A stretch of 64,000 bases of DNA from an uncultured Bacteroidales bacterium (GTDB taxonomy: Bacteria; Bacteroidota; Bacteroidia; Bacteroidales; ML635J-15), in assembly GCA_905234755.1 (NCBI GenBank), contig CAJOIT010000002.1, forward strand, positions 26,405 through 90,404, read 5' to 3'. Of the stretch, positions 1-8,878 are shown in pieces (within the stretch, counting starts at the first letter, position 1; each line of letters starts with the position of its first letter). Position numbers and translations under genes: made by a program. The notes under the pieces were generated by a model. The model was given only the letters and a program-made list of their open reading frames with translations. It was not told the DNA's origin and ran no database searches.

Positions 1-2
1 AC

Positions 3-929
3 AAACTGCCAAGTGTATTACTATCGTTTGCGCTCATTATAGCATATATGCTTTGGAACTCGCATCTGCGAAGCCAATACGGCTCGCTATTTCTCAACGA
101 ACTTATGCCTGCCGACAATGTTGAAGATTTTCGTGACTTCCTTAACGATGCAAAAAATAATTGGGAATACCAATATTTCCAGAAATTACATTACCGCATT
201 TTCGAAGTGCTTGCCGTATTGGCAGTAATTGCAGGGATTGTCAAGTTAATAATGATACTTAGGGGCAACAAAGACGAGAAAGCAAAGAAAAAGCAACTCA
301 CAATCTGGCTTATACCTATTATATATCTGTTCGGATGTCTGCTATTCTTAGTTGCCATGATAAGGCAGTTTCCAAACCACGACTACTATTTCGTTGATAC
401 ATTTTTCTTACCCATATTGATGCTATATGCTTTGATGCTAAGTGCATTGCCTCGAATAAAGAATTATGTTGTTGGTGGAATAAGCCTTGTTGCACTGGGT
501 GTATTGTGTTTCTTCATGATTTCCAATGTGAAAGAAACTCAGTCGAGCCGCCGCTGGATAGAAGACGGTGCATACAAAACCTACCTCAACTTTGATGGAG
601 CAGACCAATTCCTTGATTCTCTGAACATTCCACGCAACACAAAGATTCTATCGCTCTATGCTTACCCGCAGAACGGTTCTTTCATACAAATGAAGCGCAA
701 GGGCTTTTCGGTAATGTGGCACAAGGAAAAAATCGTAAAGCCAGCATTAACATGGGACTTCGATTACATTGTCGTTGAAAACCAAGTTTTCCGCGGCACC
801 TTCGATGAACGCAAGGATGTGCTTGGTCGTCTGAACAGGATTGCCGACAATGGCAGAATTTCGGTATGTACACTATCGGACACAATCGTATGCACAAATC
901 CAGAGGAATTCTTCGCTGAAAAGCAATAA
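3..929 (+). CDS. Polytopic membrane protein, 5' end cut by window edge (possibly the C-terminal part of a GT-C/ArnT-like glycosyltransferase)
   Basis: The frame is open from nt 3 to TAA at 927-929. Several hydrophobic helices are followed by a soluble C-terminal domain. The function is a guess from topology only. Confidence 0.55.
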   Translation, partial: KLPSVLLSFALIIAYMLWNSHLRSQYGSLFLNELMPADNVEDFRDFLNDAKNNWEYQYFQKLHYRIFEVLAVLAVIAGIVKLIMILRGNKDEKAKKKQLTIWLIPIIYLFGCLLFLVAMIRQFPNHDYYFVDTFFLPILMLYALMLSALPRIKNYVVGGISLVALGVLCFFMISNVKETQSSRRWIEDGAYKTYLNFDGADQFLDSLNIPRNTKILSLYAYPQNGSFIQMKRKGFSVMWHKEKIVKPALTWDFDYIVVENQVFRGTFDERKDVLGRLNRIADNGRISVCTLSDTIVCTNPEEFFAEKQ

Positions 930-956
930 AAAAGCCGCCACAAGGACGGCTTTATC
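928..956. terminator. Hairpin between convergent genes (AAAGCCG..CGGCTTT)
   Basis: 7-bp stem at 931-937/947-953 plus 2 inner GC pairs. An A-run lies on one side and a T-run on the other, between stop codons at 927-929 and 974-976. Confidence 0.55.
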
Positions 957-973
957 TAACAATGATATGATTC

Positions 974-2173
974 TTACATTGTTCTGCCTGGATATACTTC
1001 CAAAGCATGCTTCAAAACCTCGATTGCATTTTTGAGGTCTTCAATCTTGAGAACATACGCAACGCGAACTTCGTTCTTACCAAGTCCTGGGGTGTTGTAG
1101 AAACCAGTTGCAGGTGCAACCATTACGGTCTGACCATTGTACTGGAATTCTTCGAGCATCCACTTTGCAAACTTATCGGAATCATCGATAGGAAGCTTAA
1201 CCACTGTGTAGAAAGCACCCTTAGGATTCGGGCAATATACGCCTGGGATTTCGTTCAAGCCCTTAACCATAAAGTTACGACGAGCAATGTATTCTTCGTA
1301 AACTTCGTGGAAGTACTGGTCGGGAGTATCGATAGCAGCCTCAGCAGCCACCTGACCGAATGAAGGCGGGCAAAGACGAGCCTGCGCAAACTTTGTTGCA
1401 GTTGCTATAACTTCCTTGTTCTTAGTTACCATGCAACCAACGCGTACACCGCACATGCTGTAACGCTTCGAAACCGAGTCCATCATGATTACATTCTGCT
1501 CGATTCCAGGAATGTGCATTGTAGAGAAATGCTTGTGTCCATCATAGCAGAATTCACGGTAAACCTCATCAGCATAGAGGTAAAGGTCGTGCTTCTTAAC
1601 GATTTCAGCCAACTGCAAGAGTTCTTCCTTTGAATAAAGGTAACCTGTCGGGTTGTTAGGATTGCAGATTACAATACCTTTGGTCTTTGGTGTGATGACC
1701 TTCTCGAACTCGTCTATTGAAGGAAGAGCGAAATCGTTCTTTATGCTTGAAGTAATGGGCTTAATAACAACACCTGCCTGCATTGCAAAACCGTTGTAGT
1801 TTGCGTAGAAAGGTTCTGGAACAATAACCTCATCGCCAAGGTTGAGAGTTGTCATAAATGCAAAGACTATAGCTTCGGAACCACCAGTTGTGATAAGCAT
1901 ATCGTTTTCTGTAACATTGATGCCAATCTTCTGGTAGAAAGCAGCCAATTTCTTTCTGTAAGAAATGTTACCTGCGGTATGGCTGTATGCTATAACCTTG
2001 TCGGTCATATTCTTTACTGCCTCCAATGCAACTTCTGGAGTCTTAATGTCGGGCTGACCGATGTTGAGATGATAAACCTTTACACCTCTTGCCTTTGCTG
2101 CGTCTGCGTAAGGAACGAGCTTACGAATTGGCGACGACGGCATGTTTTTTCCTTTTTCTGATATCTGTGGCAT
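974..2173 (-). CDS. Pyridoxal-phosphate-dependent aminotransferase, class I/II (aspartate aminotransferase-like)
   Basis: 399 aa with an ATG start. Motifs: SPIRKL near the N-terminus, NPNNPTG, and SVSKRYSMCGVRVG (PLP lysine). Confidence 0.85.
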   Translation of the reverse strand: MPQISEKGKNMPSSPIRKLVPYADAAKARGVKVYHLNIGQPDIKTPEVALEAVKNMTDKVIAYSHTAGNISYRKKLAAFYQKIGINVTENDMLITTGGSEAIVFAFMTTLNLGDEVIVPEPFYANYNGFAMQAGVVIKPITSSIKNDFALPSIDEFEKVITPKTKGIVICNPNNPTGYLYSKEELLQLAEIVKKHDLYLYADEVYREFCYDGHKHFSTMHIPGIEQNVIMMDSVSKRYSMCGVRVGCMVTKNKEVIATATKFAQARLCPPSFGQVAAEAAIDTPDQYFHEVYEEYIARRNFMVKGLNEIPGVYCPNPKGAFYTVVKLPIDDSDKFAKWMLEEFQYNGQTVMVAPATGFYNTPGLGKNEVRVAYVLKIEDLKNAIEVLKHALEVYPGRTM

Positions 2174-2208
2174 ATCTTTTAATTTATAATTTTATTGTAT
2201 TAAAACTT

Positions 2209-2760
2209 TTACTTCTTGTTTGGCTTTACTTCTTCAGACTTGACTTCCTTGACTTGCGGATTAACGACTTTCTTTGTGTCATCAACTTCTTTTACCTTTT
2301 TTTCGACAGGAACAGTCTTAACATCATTTGCATTGGGAGCAACGATTGTTCCCTTAATTTCCAACTGGATTGGGTTTTCTTCTCCCTCGATATAAACCTT
2401 TATGGTTTTGGTAAACTTGCCAACCCTGTTGCTGTCGTATTTTACCTTTATCGAACCTTTTTTCTTCTTTGCTATCGGTTCCTTTGGCCAGTCAGCAGCG
2501 GTGCATCCACACGAAGTCTTTACATTTGTCAAAGTAACAGGTTTCTTGGTCACATTCTTGAAGGTGAAAACACAGCTTGCATCGCCACCTTTTTCCATTG
2601 TACCGAAATCGTGTACCAACTTATCGAACAAAATGCTTGAACGCTTTTCTACATTTTCAGTCTGTGCCTTTTCCTTCTTTTCCTTCTTTGGTGCATTCTC
2701 CTGCGAAAATGCCATACCTGCAATCAGTATGATCGCAACAATAAAAAGTATCCTTTTCAT
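2209..2760 (-). CDS. DUF1573 domain lipoprotein/secreted protein
   Basis: Signal peptide, a Lys-rich linker, then the DUF1573 pattern HDFGTMEKG..FTFKN..KPVTLTNVKTSCGCTAADWPKEPI..GSIKVKY. Confidence 0.8.
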   Translation of the reverse strand: MKRILFIVAIILIAGMAFSQENAPKKEKKEKAQTENVEKRSSILFDKLVHDFGTMEKGGDASCVFTFKNVTKKPVTLTNVKTSCGCTAADWPKEPIAKKKKGSIKVKYDSNRVGKFTKTIKVYIEGEENPIQLEIKGTIVAPNANDVKTVPVEKKVKEVDDTKKVVNPQVKEVKSEEVKPNKK

Positions 2761-2790
2761 GACTATAATTTTTTACAAAGGTAGAGTAAA

Positions 2791-2846
2791 TTTTGATTCA
2801 ACGATTAAAAAATTTGATGATTCAAAAATTTGAAAATTTGATGATT
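2791..2846 (-). repeat. 7 in-phase octads AATNNTNN downstream of the glucosaminidase stop
   Basis: Minus strand reads AATCATCA AATTTTCA AATTTTTG AATCATCA AATTTTTT AATCGTTG AATCAAAA. Confidence 0.75.
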
Positions 2847-2880
2847 GTTTATGATGATGTGAAACTTAGAAACAATCCTT

Positions 2881-3843
2881 TTATCTCAATCTTACCTTGG
2901 AACCTTCGACAGGCTGAACACCCTGCTCCCAACCGTTCTTCTTGTAGAGTTTGTTTATCTTGACCGCATACTTTTGCGAAATGTCTCGCATTGTTTCGCC
3001 ATGTTGAACAACATGAACCGTATATTTCTTTTCCGCCTTATTGCGCTTTGGCTTCAGATATATAATCTCACCTGCTTGGATTGTATATTTCTTAGGCAAG
3101 TCGTTGTACTTGGACAACTCCCACGGAGCCATTCCCAATTTGCGCGACAGAACCTGAATGTCCATTGCATACTTCAATACTATATAATCCGTATTGTTGT
3201 TCGTTCCCAATGAATATTCCGACATGCTAAGTTCAAAGCCATTCGATGTATAATACCTCGTAGGCTTCTTGTCAGCAGCAGTGCCATCAGCTGGTTTTTC
3301 GGCAGAAGCAATAACATCAGAGGTCACAGATGCTGGAACGAATGTACCTGAATCGTACTGCGCCAAGTTGTATTTTTCGATGATTTCTATAAGACGGGTA
3401 GCGTATGTGGGACTTGTGGCGTAGCCTGCTTTTTTCAGCCCTGTAGCCCAACCCTTGTAATCCTTCGGATTCAGTTTGAACAGCGATGCATAGCGCTGGT
3501 TGTTGCGCAGAAAGTCGGAATGGTCGCGAAACGACTCCGATGCATTATGATACATACGGAAGCATTCATTCTTTGCATCATCGTCAACATACATTTTACC
3601 GCCTGTCCAGTCGGAATGACATTTTATGCCGAAATGGTTGTTACCCTTTATCGAAAGCTGCGAAGTTCCACTGCCAGACTCCAAAATACCCTGTGCCAAG
3701 GTGATACTTGCTGGCACCCCAGTTCTGCCCATCTCCTCGACAGCAATCTGACAATACTTATTTATGTACTCCTCCTGCACCGACTGTGGAAAACACATCG
3801 GCACAAACATAAACATTATCACTATTATCAGCAGACTTCTCAT
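2881..3843 (-). CDS. Peptidoglycan N-acetylglucosaminidase (FlgJ-type glucosaminidase domain) with C-terminal LysM repeats
   Basis: Motif PASITLAQGILESGSGTSQLSIKGNNHFGIKC, plus LysM-like YTVHVVQHGETMRDISQKY. The ORF-track start at 3891 is TTG. The ATG at 3843 gives the clean signal peptide MRSLLIIVIMFMFVPMCFPQ. Confidence 0.8.
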   Translation of the reverse strand: MRSLLIIVIMFMFVPMCFPQSVQEEYINKYCQIAVEEMGRTGVPASITLAQGILESGSGTSQLSIKGNNHFGIKCHSDWTGGKMYVDDDAKNECFRMYHNASESFRDHSDFLRNNQRYASLFKLNPKDYKGWATGLKKAGYATSPTYATRLIEIIEKYNLAQYDSGTFVPASVTSDVIASAEKPADGTAADKKPTRYYTSNGFELSMSEYSLGTNNNTDYIVLKYAMDIQVLSRKLGMAPWELSKYNDLPKKYTIQAGEIIYLKPKRNKAEKKYTVHVVQHGETMRDISQKYAVKINKLYKKNGWEQGVQPVEGSKVRLR

Positions 3844-3957
3844 CTCGCAGTTTTTAGGATTGTAAAAGTAAAGATGCAATATGTACCACAATTCGCCAAC
3901 ACAAACAAAATATCAACAATTCAAAGTTGAAACCAAATCTTTTTGTAAACTTGCAGT

Positions 3958-4476
3958 ATGAAATTGTCGCTCAACATATCACTTTTCATAATATGCCTGC
4001 TTGCTCTATCATCGTGCAGTAACAATAAAAGGCTGACTACAAACGACATAGCAACAATAGAAGTAACAACGCCGTGCTCCGAACTCGGAGAATCCGACAA
4101 TGAATTTTTCCGTGCCAGTGCAAGCGCGACATCAAGTAGCATAAATCTTTCGCGAGACAAAGCCATTAACCAAGCAAGAACACAATTAGCACAAAAAATT
4201 ATTGACAACACCAAATCGGCAGGCTCCAAATATTCATCAAAATACAAAAATACCGACATTAAAACCTTCGAATCGGTTGCCAATGATGCCATTGAAATAC
4301 TTCTAAAAGACTTGTCACCAACCTGCGAAAAATACAGCGAAACAAATGGCAGATACACAACAAACATTGCCCTTGAAATCGAAAGAAGCAAAGCATTAGA
4401 CAAAATAAAATCATTGTTATCCAGCAAAATACAGGAATTCGACGCTGAAACATTCGCAACATTCTTCAACGAATAG
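3958..4476 (+). CDS. Small lipoprotein (LPP20-like, tentative)
   Basis: Lipobox LLALSSC follows the ATG. The remainder is predicted helical and rich in Ala/Ser/Lys. The overlapping minus-strand ORF has no comparable features. Confidence 0.6.
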   Translation: MKLSLNISLFIICLLALSSCSNNKRLTTNDIATIEVTTPCSELGESDNEFFRASASATSSSINLSRDKAINQARTQLAQKIIDNTKSAGSKYSSKYKNTDIKTFESVANDAIEILLKDLSPTCEKYSETNGRYTTNIALEIERSKALDKIKSLLSSKIQEFDAETFATFFNE

Positions 4477-4516
4477 GATTTCTAAACAAAATCTTGCTTG
4501 TTTCAAGTCAAAAAAC

Positions 4517-4524
4517 TACTTTTG
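4517..4524 (+). promoter_or_regulatory. -7 box TACTTTTG
   Basis: Matches the Bacteroidota TAnnTTTG consensus, 27 nt upstream of the ROK gene ATG. Confidence 0.5.
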
Positions 4525-4551
4525 TATTGTCTAATTTAAAACGGCAAAACC

Positions 4552-5619
4552 ATGATAGTACTGACACTCGATGCAGGCGGAAGCAAATTCGCATTTTCCA
4601 CGATAAAGGACGGAAAGTTCATAGGTGAAACAAATAAAATCCCATCCAACAGCCACGATTTGGACTTATGCTTAAAAGGCATGATTGATGGTTTCAAGCA
4701 ACAGCAAGAACTTGCAGGTGGACCTATCGATGCCATAAGCTTTGCCTTCCCCGGTCCTGCCGACTACCGTCAGGGCATCATCGGCGACACCGAAAACCTG
4801 AAAGGCTTCCGCGGTGGCGTTCCGCTGAAGGCAATGCTCGAGGAAATATTCAAGGTGCCGGTATTCATCAACAACGATGGCGACCTGTATGCCTACGGAG
4901 AATCACTCGCCGGTTCGCTGCCACTTATCAACGCTCAGTTGCAAAAGGCGGGGAACAAAATGCAATATAGGAATGTCGTGGGACTGACCATAGGTTCTGG
5001 CTTCGGTGGTGGATTCGTCCACGACAAGATTCTCGTCAGAGGCGATAATGTAACCGCATGTGAAGTCTGGAAAATGTCAAACCGCCTTGACCCCGACCGC
5101 AACTGCGAAGAATTAATTGCAATACGCTCATTGAGAAGATTTTATGCTGAATACGCAAGGATTCCTTTCGATGATACGCCTATGCCACGCGAAATATACC
5201 TCATTGGCATCGGAAAGGAAAAGGGCGACCAGCAAGCAGCAAAAAAGGCATTCTACCGCATGGGCGAGTGCCTAGGCGACGCTGTTGCAAATATGATAAC
5301 CATTTTCGATGGAATAGTTGTAATAGGTGGTGGCGTTTCGGGTGCAAGGGAACTCATTATTCCCGGCGTAGAAAACGAACTGAAGCACAACTTTGCTACT
5401 CTGTCGCGCGTTACGCAGAAAGTCTATTGCCTAAACGACGAACAACAACTGGCAGAATTCTTAAAACCCGAAAGCAAAACACTGAATGTGCCATTTGCGG
5501 ACAAAACTGTAGAATATTCGTACATGCCAAAGTGTGGCTACATTTTCTCATCATTCGACACCAGCATGATGATTAATATAGGTGCTTACCACTTTGCAAA
5601 GGAAATGTTGAAAAAATAG
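4552..5619 (+). CDS. ROK family sugar kinase (no N-terminal HTH)
   Basis: LDAGGSKF phosphate-1 motif, plus FAFPGPADY..G and VFINNDGDLYAYGE. Confidence 0.75.
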   Translation: MIVLTLDAGGSKFAFSTIKDGKFIGETNKIPSNSHDLDLCLKGMIDGFKQQQELAGGPIDAISFAFPGPADYRQGIIGDTENLKGFRGGVPLKAMLEEIFKVPVFINNDGDLYAYGESLAGSLPLINAQLQKAGNKMQYRNVVGLTIGSGFGGGFVHDKILVRGDNVTACEVWKMSNRLDPDRNCEELIAIRSLRRFYAEYARIPFDDTPMPREIYLIGIGKEKGDQQAAKKAFYRMGECLGDAVANMITIFDGIVVIGGGVSGARELIIPGVENELKHNFATLSRVTQKVYCLNDEQQLAEFLKPESKTLNVPFADKTVEYSYMPKCGYIFSSFDTSMMINIGAYHFAKEMLKK

Positions 5620-5632
5620 GGCTACGCATGTT

Positions 5633-5662
5633 TGTAGGCACGCAATGCATTGCGTGCCTACA
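5633..5662. repeat. Perfect 30-nt GC-rich palindrome (REP-like family, copy 1)
   Basis: TGTAGGCACGCAATG/CATTGCGTGCCTACA, between convergent genes. Related copies lie at 33435-33464 and 50131-50160. Confidence 0.85.
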
Positions 5663-5703
5663 GAATTATTCATTATCAATTGTTAATTGTCCATTATCAA
5701 TTA
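5661..5703 (-). repeat. 6 in-phase heptads AATKNAY overlapping the LtaS-like gene stop codon
   Basis: Minus strand reads T AATTGAT AATGGAC AATTAAC AATTGAT AATGAAT AATTCTG. Confidence 0.75.
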
Positions 5704-7518
5704 CTTTAGTCCAGCATAGTACTCTGCCACTTTCTGGCAATACATCTTAGTTTTGCGTTTGCAATCATCCGAGACATTTTCAGGAGAAAAAGCATCAGAA
5801 TCACTTGCATACCAAACGCTTTCCTTTGCATTAACAAACGAAAAACCTCGTCCGAAAGTTGAAAATGCAGTCGGGCAATGCTTGCCAAAAATATTCTCGC
5901 TAAACGGAAATTCGTCATGCTCAACGCCTAAAGCAGAAAGCAATGTCGCCGAAATATCAGCCTGGTCGCATGGCAAATCACAGACAAACGACTCATTGAC
6001 CGCGCCGCCCAACCATTGCATAACAATGTGGCTCTTGTCCAAACTCTGCCAGTTCTGCGAACGGAACAACCGTCCATGATCCGACACCAATATCACAAGC
6101 GTCTTGTCCCATACTGGCGACTGCTGCATGTTCTCCAGAAAAACATTCAGGCATGAATCTGTATAATAATAGGCGTTCATGCTCCGCGAAAGTTCATCAT
6201 CGGTACCATACGGCGACACCGGCGCATCAAATGGCTCATGGCTATTAAGCGTGAAAAGTATTGAAACCGAACCTGCACCCACATTCTGGACATGGGAGAA
6301 AAATTCATCAAACATACACTCGTCATCATAACCCCAAGATGCTTTTCTGCAATCAAGATGCAAGTTGTTTTGCGACACAACCTCTACCCCATTCTGACGG
6401 AAATACGAGTTCATGTTTGCAAAATTGGCATCACCGCCATAATAGAACGATAAATCACTGTAGCCATTGTCGGCAAGCTTGCGCAAAAGCGAAGACATCT
6501 GCTGCGACTTTTCAGGGAACTTAATCACCGAATAGTCGAGTAACGATGGTGTTCCGCTGAAAATTGACGCTATTCCGCGAACACTTCTGTCGCCCGATGC
6601 ATAACAGTTGCCGAAGAAAATACCCTTGTCGCGCCACGAAAGCAACTTTGGCGTAACACTTTCTGCTGGATTGTCGTAGCACATTGCCGTCCATGTGAAG
6701 CTTTCGAGAAGCACAAAGACAATCTGATCAGGCTTTTCTCGCAAAATCTTCCTTCCATGAAATGGATTTGCTGTCGTATCCGATGGGATATCAAAAGTTT
6801 CATCGTAATACATGTATTTTTCAAAATCGGCATCGCTAGCAAAGAAATAACTTCCGAAATTCCAGTAAACATTTATTGCCGAATGGTTTGCAAACGAATT
6901 GTCGCAAAAATATACCGTACCGACATTTATTGGTGCCGTACCTACACCTCCTCTGGCTAGAATCACCAAAAGACCTGCGATAGCAATGAACAACAATGAA
7001 TATAACTTTTCGGGAATCAAACTTTCGTACAATTTTCGTGTAAACAGCTTGTACAGGAAGAAAAGTGCAACTGTAATCAATATTGCAGTCACCAACAAAA
7101 TCACAATCCTCAATATTGGCGTTGAAGCAAAGACTAGTTCTGGATTGCTAAAATATTGCAGCACTGATGCATCAATCCTAAATTGCCACGACCTATAAAC
7201 CTCAGCATCTCCAACCGCTATCAGCGAAACAACAATAAGCATCAAGCCTGTAAGCACACCCATGAACACATTGAAAGCTTTATGCGACTTTAGAAACGAA
7301 AAGAGAATGAAAAACGGCACTAGAAATATACCTATATAGGCAACTGTCGACAAATCCATGCGCAATCCGTGCAACATAGCTCCGAAGAATTCGGACACCG
7401 AGCACGAAAAACCATTCGCAAGGTTGAACAGCATAAAAAAAACACGCATCAGTTCAAAGGCTACAAGCCAAAACAATAGATACACAATAAATAATATGCC
7501 TCGCCTAAAGTTTTTCAT
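5701..7518 (-). CDS. LtaS/sulfatase-like phosphotransferase (alkaline phosphatase superfamily, N-terminal multi-TM domain)
   Basis: About 5 TM helices, then LLESFTW..., SGDRSVRGIASIFSG and NSHEPFD motifs. The ORF-track start at 7560 is TTG. The ATG at 7518 (MKNFRRGILFIVY) is preferred. Confidence 0.75.
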   Translation of the reverse strand: MKNFRRGILFIVYLLFWLVAFELMRVFFMLFNLANGFSCSVSEFFGAMLHGLRMDLSTVAYIGIFLVPFFILFSFLKSHKAFNVFMGVLTGLMLIVVSLIAVGDAEVYRSWQFRIDASVLQYFSNPELVFASTPILRIVILLVTAILITVALFFLYKLFTRKLYESLIPEKLYSLLFIAIAGLLVILARGGVGTAPINVGTVYFCDNSFANHSAINVYWNFGSYFFASDADFEKYMYYDETFDIPSDTTANPFHGRKILREKPDQIVFVLLESFTWTAMCYDNPAESVTPKLLSWRDKGIFFGNCYASGDRSVRGIASIFSGTPSLLDYSVIKFPEKSQQMSSLLRKLADNGYSDLSFYYGGDANFANMNSYFRQNGVEVVSQNNLHLDCRKASWGYDDECMFDEFFSHVQNVGAGSVSILFTLNSHEPFDAPVSPYGTDDELSRSMNAYYYTDSCLNVFLENMQQSPVWDKTLVILVSDHGRLFRSQNWQSLDKSHIVMQWLGGAVNESFVCDLPCDQADISATLLSALGVEHDEFPFSENIFGKHCPTAFSTFGRGFSFVNAKESVWYASDSDAFSPENVSDDCKRKTKMYCQKVAEYYAGLK

Positions 7519-7523
7519 CGTGG

Positions 7524-7531
7524 CAAAACTA
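7524..7531 (-). promoter_or_regulatory. -7 box TAGTTTTG only 5 nt upstream of ATG 7518
   Basis: TAnnTTTG match on the minus strand. The spacing implies a leaderless or nearly leaderless mRNA. Confidence 0.4.
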
Positions 7532-7720
7532 TTCGTTTTTTTGCAAACAAAAAAATGCAAAATGCCACATCGCTAATAATCAACTAGTTAAACAATTGCT
7601 TTTTCATTTCACCTTAACCATTTAAGCCTCAACACAATAAAAAGTTGCCATCAGCGTTCATTTAACATAAAAGTGTTGATAAAAACCAGTTTTATAAAGG
7701 TTTTGTAACGGATTAGGAGA

Positions 7721-7728
7721 TACTTTTG
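7721..7728 (+). promoter_or_regulatory. -7 box TACTTTTG upstream of exbB
   Basis: TAnnTTTG match 32 nt upstream of the ATG at 7761. A TTTG lies at 7702-7705, which is shorter than the ideal spacing. Confidence 0.45.
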
Positions 7729-7760
7729 CAACCGATAAAGAATAAATAAACGCAAGGAAT

Positions 7761-8456
7761 ATGTTGCTATTGGATGACACGATTAACGCAGTTGCGGCAA
7801 GCGAAACCGCAGCAGAAGTTGTTGAAAAGGGCGCTGCTAGCCAGTCGTACTGGGACTTGGCAATACAGGGCGGATGGATAATGATTGTTCTCGCAGTTTT
7901 GTCGGTGCTTGCAATTTACATATTTATCGACAAGTATTTGGCTGTGAAAAAGGCAGGCAAGAATCAGGACGGATTCATGCAGAACATCAAGAATTATATC
8001 AAGGAAGGAAAGATTGATAATGCGATTGACAGCTGCCGCAATAACGACAGCCCGATTTCGAGAATGATAGAAAAAGGTCTGCAACGCATTGGTCGTCCTC
8101 TCAACGATGTCAACACTGCAATCGAAAATGTCGGCAAGCAGGAAGTTGCCAAGCTGGAAAAGGGACTTGCACTTCTCGCAACAATAGCCGGTGGTGCTCC
8201 AATGATTGGTTTCTTCGGAACAGTAACCGGTATGGTTCAGTCGTTCTCATCGATGGCAGCTGCGGGAAACGCACTCGAAATTAAAGACCTCGCAGGCGGT
8301 ATCGAAACAGCACTTGTAACAACAGTCGGTGGTCTGTTCGTTGGTATCATCGCCTACTTTGCCTACAACATCTTGGTTGCAAAGGTAAACAACTTGGTAA
8401 ACGACCTCGAATCCAAGACAACAGAATTTATGGATGTATTGAACGAACCCGCATAA
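7761..8456 (+). CDS. exbB: MotA/TolQ/ExbB proton-channel protein
   Basis: 231 aa with 3 TM helices. C-terminal ExbB pattern: GAPMIGFFGTVTGMV...ALVTTVGGL. Confidence 0.85.
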   Translation: MLLLDDTINAVAASETAAEVVEKGAASQSYWDLAIQGGWIMIVLAVLSVLAIYIFIDKYLAVKKAGKNQDGFMQNIKNYIKEGKIDNAIDSCRNNDSPISRMIEKGLQRIGRPLNDVNTAIENVGKQEVAKLEKGLALLATIAGGAPMIGFFGTVTGMVQSFSSMAAAGNALEIKDLAGGIETALVTTVGGLFVGIIAYFAYNILVAKVNNLVNDLESKTTEFMDVLNEPA

Positions 8457-8467
8457 ACTGACAAACC

Positions 8468-8878
8468 ATGAGCCTTAGGTCGAGAAATAAGATTAGTTCG
8501 GAATTCAGCATGTCGTCAATGACCGACATCGTATTCCTGCTGCTCATCTTCTTCATGGTGACATCAACTATGATTGCGCCAAACGCCTTGAAATTGTTGC
8601 TTCCATCAAGCAACAACCAGACGCAGGCAAGTCCACTCGCATCGGTGTCAATCAAGGACAACCAGAACGGCACTTACACCTACGCTGTCGGCACAACCAT
8701 AATGCCATTCGAGAATCTGGAAACAGCACTTGTTAAGGAAATGGCAGAAAAGAGCGATGAAGCATATGTTTCGCTTCATGTCGACAAGTCGGTGCCCATG
8801 GAAGAAGTGGTTAAGATAATGAACATCGCAAAGAAACACGAATACAAACTTATATTGGCAACGCAACCCGGAGAATAA
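8468..8878 (+). CDS. exbD: ExbD/TolR biopolymer transport protein
   Basis: 136 aa. N-terminal SSMTDIVFLLLIFFMV TM helix followed by a periplasmic domain. Its stop overlaps the next start (TAATG). Confidence 0.85.
   Translation: MSLRSRNKISSEFSMSSMTDIVFLLLIFFMVTSTMIAPNALKLLLPSSNNQTQASPLASVSIKDNQNGTYTYAVGTTIMPFENLETALVKEMAEKSDEAYVSLHVDKSVPMEEVVKIMNIAKKHEYKLILATQPGE

Noticed and set aside
2089-4469. The 183-aa plus-strand ORF (2089-2640) and the 182-aa minus-strand ORF (3921-4469).
   Set aside because: Each overlaps a better-supported gene on the other strand: DUF1573 with its SCGCT motif, and the lipoprotein with its lipobox.
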